Source: a virus. From it: a DNA stretch of 64,000 nucleotides. The notes beneath the pieces are model-generated. The model worked only from the letters and a program-made list of their open reading frames with translations, made no database searches and was not told where the DNA came from. The stretch is taken from the IMG/VR virus record IMGVR_UViG_3300034122_002202, positions 77,810 through 141,809 of that record; one strand, 5' to 3'. Positions 20,722 through 30,707 of the stretch are shown here, in pieces. Position 1 is the first letter of the stretch. Every line of letters starts with the position of its first letter. The position numbers were made by a program, and so were the translations under genes.

Positions 20722-21736
20722 TATTCTCCCTGTTAGATTGACCGCCACCATCGCCATAAGAAACAACTGTTTTTTTATTGGCATATTTAGTATACGCAAC
20801 ATTCATGCCCAATTGTATAAGTTCTTTATTCATAAAGTCACATATTGATTTTTCTGTGTCTTCATATTTTTCTTTATAAAATCTACAAAGCTTCTCACAT
20901 TTCCACTTATCCTTACCATAATCTATAATTCTTGATGGAAAATGGCAAGACTTTATTTTTTCAAATTCATACCTAATCATTTCAATTGTTGTTTTTATAT
21001 CTTCTTTATGAAAACACAATGTAAAAGGACCACCGGCTTTATTAAAAAAAATAGTAATAATTATATTTTCTTCGTCTGGATAAAGCTTGTTTAATGCATA
21101 ATGATAAAGTCTTAATTGAAAGTCTTTATAAAAATCATCGTAGTTTTTTTCTTTTCCAGTTGCCCAGTTTTTTCTTTCTCCTGTTTTCCAGTCTATGTAC
21201 TCTATTGTTTTTTTGTCTACTCTAGTTATTAAGTCCATTGTTCCTTTGATTCTAAGATTTCCAGACATAACAGTACCATCATCTAAGTAGTATTCGTATT
21301 TAGCCCAAGGTTCTTCAATCTCTATATCAAAATACTGCTCTGGTTGCTCAATTTTTCTAGATAAAGGTGAAAACATACCATTGTTAAACAACAAGGTATC
21401 CCAAGTCCACTTAGAACATTCTTTTAGATCTTTGTCATCCCATTCATGAATGCTTTTATTTTTATAATGATTAAAGGCAGACAGTATGGCACTTTCTGGA
21501 GAAATATCTATTGTGGAAAAAGTTTCTTTTAATTCACCATCTGTAAATGTAGATGTTTCATTTTGTAGGCAAAGCTTTTTATTTGCCAACAATTCTAATG
21601 CTTTATGAACAACATTGCCTTTTTCCGCTTTTTTATTGGAATCATCTTGAAAGCCTAAGTTGTAAGTTAGCCAGTACTTATGTTGACACCATGCGTAAGA
21701 ACTTACAGAACTAGACCTTAGATAAGTTATGATCAT
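20705..21736 (-). CDS. PD-(D/E)XK (RecB/Cas4-like) exonuclease
   Basis: GNVVHKALE, GTMDL, IDWKTG, QLRLY; Cys residues near both ends. Confidence 0.85.
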   Translation of the reverse strand: MIITYLRSSSVSSYAWCQHKYWLTYNLGFQDDSNKKAEKGNVVHKALELLANKKLCLQNETSTFTDGELKETFSTIDISPESAILSAFNHYKNKSIHEWDDKDLKECSKWTWDTLLFNNGMFSPLSRKIEQPEQYFDIEIEEPWAKYEYYLDDGTVMSGNLRIKGTMDLITRVDKKTIEYIDWKTGERKNWATGKEKNYDDFYKDFQLRLYHYALNKLYPDEENIIITIFFNKAGGPFTLCFHKEDIKTTIEMIRYEFEKIKSCHFPSRIIDYGKDKWKCEKLCRFYKEKYEDTEKSICDFMNKELIQLGMNVAYTKYANKKTVVSYGDGGGQSNRENNDVKK

Positions 21737-22364
21737 TTTTAATCCAATTTATTTGTTTTAGTTTTCTAATCAATTCAAATTGTTGTTGTTCTTTAGACAT
21801 ATTTTCGTTATTTAAAATAATGTCAAATTTACTTGTACATTTATCTATTTCATTTTCACTTATATGACTATCATTATCTGTGCTTCTTGTTAACCTAATA
21901 ACTATTCCACCAGCATCTTTAATGCTATCAATTTCATTTTCAAATCTTGCATCAGTAATAAAATTTAATGGACAATTTTGTTTGCTTATTGCATTAAAAC
22001 AAGCGTTGATGTGTATTGATTTATTCATTTTTCTGGCTATTCCAGTTCCAAATTCTTGTAAGAATTCTCTAGCTGTCATTTGTCCTATAGGTGGATTTAA
22101 ATTATTATATTTTATTTCACTATAATGAGGTAAGTCTTCCCATAAATAACTTGTGAGTGAGTTTTTATCTTCTAAAGATCCAAAAACCTGTTTGTGTTTT
22201 AATCCAAAAAAGTTGATTGCTACTGACTTCATTGTTTGAGCAAAAGAGAACATGCATGAATCACAACCAAAAAGCCTTAAAGAATTAAGAGAAAGAAATC
22301 CAGCTAAAGTATCTTTGCCAGAACCTTTTCTTCCAGAAAAACCTATCAATCTTTGAATTGTCAT
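21711..22364 (-). CDS. Deoxynucleoside monophosphate kinase
   Basis: GRKGSGKDT, SFA, REFLQEFGT, ITDARFENE, HISE. Confidence 0.88.
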   Translation of the reverse strand: MTIQRLIGFSGRKGSGKDTLAGFLSLNSLRLFGCDSCMFSFAQTMKSVAINFFGLKHKQVFGSLEDKNSLTSYLWEDLPHYSEIKYNNLNPPIGQMTAREFLQEFGTGIARKMNKSIHINACFNAISKQNCPLNFITDARFENEIDSIKDAGGIVIRLTRSTDNDSHISENEIDKCTSKFDIILNNENMSKEQQQFELIRKLKQINWIKNDHNLSKV

Positions 22365-23491
22365 TAATACGAGTTCCTTTCAATCAAAGGCTTAATCATG
22401 CTGTTTATTTGCTCATTGCTAAGATCACCTGGATCTTTAATGCCATCTGGCAGAGATGGGCATACTATTTTAAACATTCTAGAAAGAGATGAATTTAATT
22501 TATTCGAGGCACTATTGCCAGCTTTATCTGAGTCAAAAAGCAATATTAATGTAGTAGCACCAGAAGATTCAAGCAAAACCTGTTGTGTATCTGTAAGAGA
22601 AGAGCCAAAAACAGCAACAACATTGTGTATTCCGTTTTCAACAAATTTCCATACATCTGCTGGACCTTCAACTAATATAACTATTCCAGTTTTTTTAATC
22701 TCATCTTTAGCATTACCAAAATTATAAAGATAATTCTTTTTTGAAAATCCTTTATTGTGAATCCATTTACTAATAATAGTTTGTGGATCACAGATTTCAT
22801 TTTCATGATAGTTACTGCATTTACTGCATTTATCAAGTATTGTTCTTCCAGTAAAACCTACAATTGTTTTATTGTCTGAATCATATACTGGAACTACTGC
22901 TCTTTTCCTAAAGAATCTATTGTCTGATTTTGATTCCCCAATGTCATACATATCTAATATGTGTGCAGAATAGCCTCTAGACACAAAGTATTTTGATGGT
23001 ATATCAAGTCTTTCTCTTACAACTTTTTTAGTGTATAAAAATTCTTTTTGTTTTTTAACAGTTGTAAATAAGTGTGCATGTTTATCAAAAGCATGAGAAG
23101 GAACATCGTCTTTTATACTGGAAAGATCTATCTTTAATAAACCACAAAGAGAAGCAATTGTGTCTGAAAAACTAACTGTTCTATCTCCAACCTTTGACCA
23201 ACCATACTTTTTATTACTCATTACTCCACGGAAAAATCCTATAGATGTATTTATAAATGTGTTTTCGCAATGATGTGTATAACAAACCCAATTGCCAACT
23301 CTTGTATGTCCAGACATAAAAAGATTTACTGCTGTTCTATTATCCCCACCATGAACTGGACAAGCACACACTATTGAGTCCGAAACGGATTTATATTGAA
23401 TATTAAAATAGTCCATAAGAAATTCTATTTTATCGCATATTACAGCATTTAAATATTCATTCTTAGTTATTTCAGTTGACTTCGATTTCAT
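22364..23491 (-). CDS. DnaG-type DNA primase
   Basis: CPVHGGD zinc-binding domain, GFTGR, TOPRIM LVEGPAD and FDSDKAG. Confidence 0.9.
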   Translation of the reverse strand: MKSKSTEITKNEYLNAVICDKIEFLMDYFNIQYKSVSDSIVCACPVHGGDNRTAVNLFMSGHTRVGNWVCYTHHCENTFINTSIGFFRGVMSNKKYGWSKVGDRTVSFSDTIASLCGLLKIDLSSIKDDVPSHAFDKHAHLFTTVKKQKEFLYTKKVVRERLDIPSKYFVSRGYSAHILDMYDIGESKSDNRFFRKRAVVPVYDSDNKTIVGFTGRTILDKCSKCSNYHENEICDPQTIISKWIHNKGFSKKNYLYNFGNAKDEIKKTGIVILVEGPADVWKFVENGIHNVVAVFGSSLTDTQQVLLESSGATTLILLFDSDKAGNSASNKLNSSLSRMFKIVCPSLPDGIKDPGDLSNEQINSMIKPLIERNSY

Positions 23492-24932
23492 CTGGCAATC
23501 CTTCCACTACAAAACCATTATTCTGTCTTGTAGACTGAGATTTAAAAATTTGACTTCTAGTTGGACCTTCTTCTATTTTTCCAAATTCATAATTAGCAAA
23601 TATATTTATATAATCGCCTTGATCCATTCCTTTGCCATGTCTTGCAACAACAGGAACTAATTTCAAATTGTATCTAATCTTATCCTGAGAGAATCCTTCA
23701 TCTGCCATTTCCTCTTCACTTTTCCTTTTATAGATTGAAAAGTTGGAACATAGCCAAAGTATTCTGTCAGAACCAGATGCTACATCAGTATCTTCACGAT
23801 TAATACCATCTCTGTTTAGCTGAGTAAACGCTAAACATGAAGCATTATATTGAACCATAAAGTTATGTAGGTTTGTCATTAAAAAGCCAAGAGCTTGATA
23901 TTCTGCCATATTTTTACCAATGCCAGAATCATCCATTAGCTTTATATAGTCATATATGATTAAACATGGGTTTGCTTTTCCAGAATCATCAAGACCAACA
24001 TCTTTAATTACCCATCTTCTAGCCATACTTATAACTTCATCAAAGCTTTTTCCTGCAATAGACTTGTATTGAAATGGCATTTCTTTAATTTTTTCAATAG
24101 CCTTTTTAATACTATTTCTTTTTGAAACATCTTTTGAGAATAAACCGCTTTCAATTTCTTCTATTTTAACTCCAGACATACAAGCCAATATTCTATGCCA
24201 ATGATCTTTCTCCGTCATTTCTGTATCAAGCATTAAGACTGGAATCTTGTTTGACGATACGCTAATGCCAACATTGTCAGCAAAAAAGCTTTTACCAGTT
24301 TTCATTCTAGCACCGATAAGATTCACTGTTCCTGGCCTAAATCCACCCCCAATAGCCATATCATATGCTTTGAATCCAGAGGAAATACCCAACTGTGAAA
24401 TTGGATTTGACTCTAAATACTCAACATATTCTTCTATGCCATCGCTCATTAGTTTTGGATTAGGATCTTCGGAGTTTGAAATCTTAAATGTTGCATCTAA
24501 AACACATGATTCTGCAATAGAAATAATGTGGCTTATAGGCTCATCGCCAGTCACATTTTCAAGTGTGTTTGCACCATTGATTAGATTTAAAGACAGGTTT
24601 TTGGCAATGCTCAACTTTTTAAGCTTTGCTGCACTTTTTCTGGCATTAACTAATTCAACTGGAAAACTGGTTAGTGATCTTAAATACTTTGCCTGTTCTG
24701 ATGTCTTAAAAAACTGTGATAAGTTTAAAGATTCAGCAGTAGAAATAACTGTTGGTATATCTACCCTTGAACTCTTATCAGTAATTATTTTTGAAAAACA
24801 TTTGAATATAGCAGCATTGTCATCGCTAGAAAAACAGTTTTCATCAATAATATCTGCAACTTCAATAAAACAATCGTAGCCTTTCTGAAAAAGTCCAGCT
24901 AAGACCACTCTTTCTGCACCTACATCTATCAT
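23472..24932 (-). CDS. dnaB: DnaB-like replicative helicase
   Basis: GARMKTGKS, DTEM, IYDYIKL, QLNR, VARHG. Confidence 0.9.
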   Translation of the reverse strand: MIDVGAERVVLAGLFQKGYDCFIEVADIIDENCFSSDDNAAIFKCFSKIITDKSSRVDIPTVISTAESLNLSQFFKTSEQAKYLRSLTSFPVELVNARKSAAKLKKLSIAKNLSLNLINGANTLENVTGDEPISHIISIAESCVLDATFKISNSEDPNPKLMSDGIEEYVEYLESNPISQLGISSGFKAYDMAIGGGFRPGTVNLIGARMKTGKSFFADNVGISVSSNKIPVLMLDTEMTEKDHWHRILACMSGVKIEEIESGLFSKDVSKRNSIKKAIEKIKEMPFQYKSIAGKSFDEVISMARRWVIKDVGLDDSGKANPCLIIYDYIKLMDDSGIGKNMAEYQALGFLMTNLHNFMVQYNASCLAFTQLNRDGINREDTDVASGSDRILWLCSNFSIYKRKSEEEMADEGFSQDKIRYNLKLVPVVARHGKGMDQGDYINIFANYEFGKIEEGPTRSQIFKSQSTRQNNGFVVEGLPDEIEVN

Positions 24933-25414
24933 CTTCTCACCGCTTTTTTCATGCAAGGAACACATATAAATCCAGAAGATTCATTATCTCTAGATTTAAA
25001 CGCATATTCCTCTGAGGTTATTTCCATAGTATTGGAACATTTTGTACAGTTAACGCTTTGAAATCCAGAAGATTCATCTACTGGCCTTCTGTATTTCTTA
25101 GGTTGTAAATCTTTAGATTGCTCTTCAATAAAAGAACATTCTAAAGTTTGATCATCTACAAATTTGTTTTGAAATACTGGTCTAGCAACTGATTCTTTTG
25201 TCTTTGCTGCACTATTATTCGTATTGATCATGAATTTATTCAATTGGGCATCATCGTTTTTAATTGTTTCAACAACAACTTCTTTTTTTTGTTCAACCAC
25301 TTTTTCTTTTTTATTATTGAGCACCACAACGCCAGCCAAATCCTGCAATACTTCATCTACTAATACCCAATCGCTTTTTTGTATTGCTTCTTTTAATTTA
25401 GATATTACGCTCAT
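24929..25414 (-). CDS. Hypothetical protein with a C-terminal Zn ribbon
   Basis: CTKC...CVPC. Confidence 0.65.
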   Translation of the reverse strand: MSVISKLKEAIQKSDWVLVDEVLQDLAGVVVLNNKKEKVVEQKKEVVVETIKNDDAQLNKFMINTNNSAAKTKESVARPVFQNKFVDDQTLECSFIEEQSKDLQPKKYRRPVDESSGFQSVNCTKCSNTMEITSEEYAFKSRDNESSGFICVPCMKKAVRR

Positions 25415-25910
25415 TATTTTTCCTTTTGTTGTAAGAAAGATTAGAAAATGTATCAGAAACCTTTTCTACTCTTATAGGTAAATATTCTGTCCTGTCTATT
25501 CTTGCTTGTATCTTTACTGCAAGCATTTTTACTTTTTGTGCATAATCATCATCTTTAACTGATAATGCCATTCTTTCATCTGGAGAGAAGTATCTATAAT
25601 CTGTAAGTTTAGACGAAATAGCTTTTAATATCTTTTCGTTACACCATCTTAATTTTGCTTTTTCTCTGTTGAGCATTCTAGATAAATGAAAGGAGAAGCT
25701 ATTTAATAGAACACAAGCTTCTGCACAATCTTCAGAAGACATTTTTTTTAACTCTTCTTGCGAAAGATATAGGTACTTCATACAAGTAAATTCTAAATCT
25801 TTAGGGATTGAGGATAAACCTATTGAATTTTCATAGCTATCTAAAAGAGAATCAAATTTTTCTTCTTCGCTAACCTTCAATTCTTTTTCGCCATTGTTGT
25901 TCTGATTCAT
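25398..25910 (-). CDS. Hypothetical helical protein (possible UvsY-like mediator)
   Basis: 170 aa, coiled-coil character, lies between the recA region and dnaB. Function is inferred from position. Confidence 0.5.
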   Translation of the reverse strand: MNQNNNGEKELKVSEEEKFDSLLDSYENSIGLSSIPKDLEFTCMKYLYLSQEELKKMSSEDCAEACVLLNSFSFHLSRMLNREKAKLRWCNEKILKAISSKLTDYRYFSPDERMALSVKDDDYAQKVKMLAVKIQARIDRTEYLPIRVEKVSDTFSNLSYNKRKNNERNI

Positions 25911-26268
25911 TGAATGGTAACTCTATAAGGTAAATGTTGTTTTTTTCACACCACTCTATTTTATTTTTATCATTTTTTTTGGAATGATAAAAGTTCAACA
26001 TTGTATTATGAAAAAAGGGTATGAATTTGTAGTGTTGTTCCCCATGAACTTCAACTATTGTTTTCCTCAATGGCAACCAAAAGTCTGCTGCTAAACCTCC
26101 AGAACCAGGCAAAGTTGCTTCTTCTAAGATTCTGTCCATTGGATACATTGCTTTAAGTATAGATCTAGCCAATAAATGCAATGAAGATCTAGGTTTAGAA
26201 TCATCATGATCTGGAACATTGCCAGAAGTCCAAGAGTAAGTTTTACCATCAAGACCTATTACTTTCAC
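25870..26268 (-). CDS. Vsr/DUF559-like endonuclease
   Basis: ADFWLP...VEVHGEQHY...DKNKIEWC. Confidence 0.7.
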   Translation of the reverse strand: MKVIGLDGKTYSWTSGNVPDHDDSKPRSSLHLLARSILKAMYPMDRILEEATLPGSGGLAADFWLPLRKTIVEVHGEQHYKFIPFFHNTMLNFYHSKKNDKNKIEWCEKNNIYLIELPFNESEQQWRKRIEG

Positions 26269-28286
26269 GATATAATAGCCTTAATTTCTTTTTCTAAAGC
26301 AGCAATCCACTTAGGATTTTCTAACAATAATTTATACATTTTTTCTGCACCTTGAGTTTTAACTAACTTAATAGTAGCATCATCCCAAGCTTCAGCTTTC
26401 AGTAGCTTTAAATGTCTTTCCATAAAATCTAATGTCATCCAAGCACCAGCTTTGTTTATAAGGCCAAGCTGACAACCTAAATTAATTGCTTCGTATGTAT
26501 TATCTATTCCAATACCATATCTTATATAACTATCTACTTCCATTCCTGGTGACCCTAAAGAACAAGATTCAATTAGCCAATGCACTTGCTGGCCAATTTG
26601 CTTGTCTTTTCCTTCACCACCAACAGTCCAAGGCTTATCAGACTTTACCCTCATTTGAACATCTGCCTGATATTGCAATGTTCTAGAACCCTTTTCTGTA
26701 TAACCACCATACATACCTTGAGATTGCGTTAGATGCATAATCGCCCAAACCATACAGTTTTGTACTGGCACTATATTGGCTGCTTGTCTACAAAAACCAG
26801 CAAAAAGCTTATTACCAGCCCCTCTATTCTCATAGCCAATACCTTGATCCATTTCCTTCTCATCACATAGAGCAGAAACGCTATCTATAATGATCAGGCT
26901 ACCTGGATGGGTATTGATGGCTTTAAAGGCCAGATTTAGGTAGTCCTTTGCGGTAAGAATCTTATCTTGAGTAGATCTATAGATTGTCATTTTATTCAAA
27001 TCTAAGCCAGCTATGCCCCTTAGATTCATAGGCTTTAATCTACCCTCTATGTTTAGATAATACACATGTCTAGAACCATTCTCTGGTTTTTGACATTGAG
27101 CAGCAAAAGATAGTGAGGTAAGCGTGTTATGAGTTACAACAAAATTGTCTGTTAAATACAAACCGCTTTTATCTCTAACTGAGATACAAACACTTTGTTC
27201 TCTTCTTGTTTTTACTACAGATATTATTTTTCTGGATAAATTGTTTTTTACATCTTTCTTTTTAAACTTCTCTTTTTTAAATTCAAACAATTTTTTTTTA
27301 TTTTTAATTATAATAGAACAATAATAAATAAAGTTGTCTTCATTGTTTTGATGTCTAGATATTAAACATATTCCACCTAAAGATTGAACTAATAGCCTAA
27401 AGTCTTCAGCAAATTGCTTTGATGAAACTGTAACAATTGGAGTTTCTGTTTTTGTTATATGTGCAAAGCTGAGTATTCCTTGCAGTAAAGACATTCTGTT
27501 TTCTACTGAATTATATAAATAATTTGGTGGTATAAATTTTTGAGATGTTTTTTTACCAAGAAGACCTAGCTCTCTTAACTCATCATGTATGTTTATTGTT
27601 AATTGATTTTCTTGTTTTGTGTAAGGTATCTTGGCTCCATTCATTAGATCGCAAATGCGATCACAAAGCTTTTCATCCTCAATCAATGCAGTAATTTTTT
27701 TATTAAAAAATCCAACAGTAAGCAAAGCACCAAATACAAATGGGTTTATTGGAATCTTAATCGGATTAAATTTTGCTGGTGCTGTTATTGGTATTGAATA
27801 CTTAGCTTTAGTGCTTTTGCCTATATATATTTTGTTCATAAAATCTTTTAACATTACAGTTTTATAAGATTTTTGTTCTCTAGTTTTTATATTCCATAAA
27901 TGATTTTCGCCACACTCTGCTGTTGAACCATCTGAAAATGTTACTGTATAAACATCTTTTACCCCTTGTGGATAAATACCACAAACCATAGATGTTGTTC
28001 CATTTGGGCAACAAATCATTTCTCCATATGTGATATCGCCAATTCTTTTTGGCCCATTAGCTGTATAAACTATGGCAGAGACAGGTTGTTCTTTCCCACT
28101 TTTTGGGTGTCCAGAGCATGTGATCCAAGAACCTTCTGGTATTCCACCATGCAAACCCAAGTTTAATGCTGGAGATAAAGGTATTACATGTTTTTCTTCA
28201 TCCAATAAGTCGTTAGCGTTTATAGCAATACCTTTGCCATACTGTTTATCCACTTCTTTTAGGATTTTTTCAAGATTGTCACTCAT
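26265..28286 (-). CDS. recA: RecA/UvsX recombinase with intein (mature protein about 351 aa)
   Basis: GGIPEG, Walker A GHPKSGK|T, IIIDSVSAL. Confidence 0.9.
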   Translation of the reverse strand: MSDNLEKILKEVDKQYGKGIAINANDLLDEEKHVIPLSPALNLGLHGGIPEGSWITCSGHPKSGKEQPVSAIVYTANGPKRIGDITYGEMICCPNGTTSMVCGIYPQGVKDVYTVTFSDGSTAECGENHLWNIKTREQKSYKTVMLKDFMNKIYIGKSTKAKYSIPITAPAKFNPIKIPINPFVFGALLTVGFFNKKITALIEDEKLCDRICDLMNGAKIPYTKQENQLTINIHDELRELGLLGKKTSQKFIPPNYLYNSVENRMSLLQGILSFAHITKTETPIVTVSSKQFAEDFRLLVQSLGGICLISRHQNNEDNFIYYCSIIIKNKKKLFEFKKEKFKKKDVKNNLSRKIISVVKTRREQSVCISVRDKSGLYLTDNFVVTHNTLTSLSFAAQCQKPENGSRHVYYLNIEGRLKPMNLRGIAGLDLNKMTIYRSTQDKILTAKDYLNLAFKAINTHPGSLIIIDSVSALCDEKEMDQGIGYENRGAGNKLFAGFCRQAANIVPVQNCMVWAIMHLTQSQGMYGGYTEKGSRTLQYQADVQMRVKSDKPWTVGGEGKDKQIGQQVHWLIESCSLGSPGMEVDSYIRYGIGIDNTYEAINLGCQLGLINKAGAWMTLDFMERHLKLLKAEAWDDATIKLVKTQGAEKMYKLLLENPKWIAALEKEIKAIIS
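27126..28091 (-). mobile_element. Class 3 intein (322 aa) with a degenerate LAGLIDADG domain, inserted in the RecA P-loop
   Basis: Starts EQPVS after GK; block B HLW; block F SVCISV; ends VVTHN|T. Confidence 0.88.
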
Positions 28287-28710
28287 TGTCTAGTTCCTTT
28301 ATTCTTTTAATTAAAGATTTAGATTGCTGAAAGGTTTTTCTAATTGGAAGTTCTACAGCTTCTTTTGATTCAGTCAAGCTTGAAATTTCTTTAAAGCTTT
28401 TTTCTTCTAAGATAATTAACTTCTTAAGCCAAGGAGCACCTAATGAAAATATCTTTTTGCCTTCTTTAGATCTAAGTGCTTTAGATACAACTGCTGCATC
28501 ATGATCTTTTAAGATTATATTGGCTAAATTTAATTGTTTAAAAAATTCCTTTTTCCATCTTGGTTTGTTCCAAAACTTAATAGGTAATTCTTCTAGGTTT
28601 TCTTTGGCTGTTCTTTCGCACATAACTTCAGCTAAGAATTGTGCTGGAGTAATCCAACCACCACCATGTCTGGATTCGTATTTGCTATCGTCACTTCTTT
28701 GTTTTGCCAT
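28279..28710 (-). CDS. Hypothetical protein
   Basis: 143 aa coupled ORF. Confidence 0.7.
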   Translation of the reverse strand: MAKQRSDDSKYESRHGGGWITPAQFLAEVMCERTAKENLEELPIKFWNKPRWKKEFFKQLNLANIILKDHDAAVVSKALRSKEGKKIFSLGAPWLKKLIILEEKSFKEISSLTESKEAVELPIRKTFQQSKSLIKRIKELDNE

Positions 28711-28712
28711 AA

Positions 28713-29129
28713 TTAATCATTCATTATTACTGGATCTATAGAAAGATTTTCTAAGATCCTATCTTCTTCATTTATTACTATTAACTCAGGAACCTTTATA
28801 CTCTTTATTCGTGCAACATTGCCAATTATTTCGCCAGAAACAAAAAGATTTATGGAATAGTCAGATGATAACTGTCCAATTACCCCATTTGAAAAATAAT
28901 AACCTTGTGCGTTCTCTGGAAAAGGTTCAAAAAAATTAGATCTAAACTGAAAGTAAAGCTTTGTAATCTTTAATCCAGTATTAATTATATGTTTTTTTAA
29001 TCTAATCCAAGCAGAATTTATTTCTAAGTTTGGCCTATCATCATCTTGATAGACTTTTGTACCATCAGAAAGTACAGCTATCCATCTAGGCTTTTCAAAA
29101 ATAAAATCGTCTTCTTTAGTACAAATCAT
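28713..29129 (-). CDS. Hypothetical protein
   Basis: 138 aa; WIAVLSDG...AWIRLK. Confidence 0.7.
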   Translation of the reverse strand: MICTKEDDFIFEKPRWIAVLSDGTKVYQDDDRPNLEINSAWIRLKKHIINTGLKITKLYFQFRSNFFEPFPENAQGYYFSNGVIGQLSSDYSINLFVSGEIIGNVARIKSIKVPELIVINEEDRILENLSIDPVIMND

Positions 29130-29413
29130 ATTTTGTGCCTTGTATTCTTATATCTATCTAAGAATTCATGGTTAATATTATCTTTTTTAGCATTCATGTC
29201 GTCTGCAACACCTTGCTTTTCAGTCATAGAGACTGTTCCGCTATAAACTTGAAACGCATTGGATGCTTTGGTTTTTGAAGCGTTATATAATTCTTGAATG
29301 TCTTCGATCTTAGCACCAACTTTTTCTGCTATAGATTCAATAGTTTGCAAGTGCGAGTTTGACTTTATATAAAACTCTTTAACTTCATCAATAACAAATT
29401 TTTTATTTTTCAT
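29126..29413 (-). CDS. Hypothetical protein (possible HTH)
   Basis: 95 aa; ATGA overlaps at both ends. Confidence 0.65.
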   Translation of the reverse strand: MKNKKFVIDEVKEFYIKSNSHLQTIESIAEKVGAKIEDIQELYNASKTKASNAFQVYSGTVSMTEKQGVADDMNAKKDNINHEFLDRYKNTRHKI

Positions 29414-29754
29414 GCTATAGCACTCCTATCTGCGTTTCTAATGAAAGATGTTTTTTTTGTAGTAAGATATGAAATATAATGATTAAAACATTCTTCACTA
29501 ACTTTTCTATAGTGATATTTGTTTTTGCCAGTATAGTTATCAAATCTTCTTAGTTCTTCAACAAGATCTGTTTCTGGATCAAACAATTTGCTTGGACTGA
29601 AAGACGAAAGGCACATCTTAACCCAGTAAGAATAAGTGTTGTTGGTTATGTCCAATGATTTTTTAGCTAAACAAAAAGCTTCATTTGGATCTATGTCATT
29701 TGCATCTTTATCATATCCATATGATTTTATTTCTGGATCATCATAGATTTCCAT
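29410..29754 (-). CDS. Hypothetical protein
   Basis: 114 aa coupled ORF. Confidence 0.7.
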   Translation of the reverse strand: MEIYDDPEIKSYGYDKDANDIDPNEAFCLAKKSLDITNNTYSYWVKMCLSSFSPSKLFDPETDLVEELRRFDNYTGKNKYHYRKVSEECFNHYISYLTTKKTSFIRNADRSAIA

Positions 29755-30104
29755 TACTTTCTCCTAGAAGTTTTAAACAATATGTTATCTTCATCAATTA
29801 CAATATCATCTAAGTTTGTAACTTCAGTATAGTGTTCTGGATTTTCTTTATCTTCAATAATAAATCCAGCAGCACGAAATATTCCTTTTACTTCTGTAAT
29901 AAAACTTTTGTCATTACAGTAACAGCATTCTGCTATACACTTCCAAATAAATGGTGTTCCATCACTTTTCTTTTCGTTTGGCTTTACAATCAAAACATCT
30001 ACTAATGGCTTATTACAATTACTACATTTTATAATTACATGCCCACCATCTACTAAACCTTCTTTTGGTTTTTCTTTTTCATCTTCTTGTTTTAACTTGC
30101 TCAT
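29754..30104 (-). CDS. Hypothetical Zn-binding protein
   Basis: CSNC...CCYC. Confidence 0.7.
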   Translation of the reverse strand: MSKLKQEDEKEKPKEGLVDGGHVIIKCSNCNKPLVDVLIVKPNEKKSDGTPFIWKCIAECCYCNDKSFITEVKGIFRAAGFIIEDKENPEHYTEVTNLDDIVIDEDNILFKTSRRK

Positions 30105-30466
30105 TTTTTTTCTCCTTTGTCTATATATTTCCTAATATTCTTAATCTTATCAACATTTAATATTTTGTCTTGTTTTTCAAGACCTTTTACTTTTCCAGAC
30201 CTCCACCAAGGAAGCTTATTATCTGCTTCTTCTTTTTCTTTTGCAATCTTTTCTTTTATTTTTCCACCTTCTCTTTTAAAGTTTTGTTCGCTTATTTGGC
30301 CTAATGTTTCCCCGCCTTTGACATAACTAATTATGCCACCAGAAAATACTTGAACCAATTTGTTTTTTTTACAATTTGGACATTTTTCCAAATGACCTTC
30401 TGCAAAAGTACGAAATTCTTCTATTGAATTATTGCAATTTTCACATGTGTATTCATAGGTTGGCAT
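30101..30466 (-). CDS. FmdB-family zinc ribbon protein
   Basis: MPTYEYTCENC...CPNC. Confidence 0.85.
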   Translation of the reverse strand: MPTYEYTCENCNNSIEEFRTFAEGHLEKCPNCKKNKLVQVFSGGIISYVKGGETLGQISEQNFKREGGKIKEKIAKEKEEADNKLPWWRSGKVKGLEKQDKILNVDKIKNIRKYIDKGEKK

Positions 30467-30467
30467 A

Positions 30468-30707
30468 TTAAAATCCATCCTCTTCTTCTTCTTCGTCATC
30501 ATGTAAATCAACGCAATATTTCATCTTCCAAGAATCATGAGTAAACTCAAGTGCTTCTGGTGGAAATCCGTCACGCATAACATTGGCATCTAAATCAAAA
30601 TAAGCAACTAAAATTTCACCAGTCTCTTTATTTGTATTAACGACAGTCATTGGCATACTTCCAGACTTTAAACAAACAACATCACCATTTTGAAATGACT
30701 CATTCAT
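30468..30707 (-). CDS. YodC/DUF2158-like protein
   Basis: FQNGDVVCLKSGSMPMTV...FPPEAL. Confidence 0.8.
   Translation of the reverse strand: MNESFQNGDVVCLKSGSMPMTVVNTNKETGEILVAYFDLDANVMRDGFPPEALEFTHDSWKMKYCVDLHDDEEEEEDGF

Noticed and set aside
20705-21736. Cas4 as evidence of a CRISPR system
   Set aside because: It is a stand-alone PD-(D/E)XK nuclease in a replication operon, which is common in phages.
24247-24879. Long antisense ORFs (e.g. 24247..24879, 15751..16191, 53540..53944, 1812..2015, 2361..2585)
   Set aside because: They are shadows of well-supported genes or of low-complexity repeats, with no RBS or motifs.
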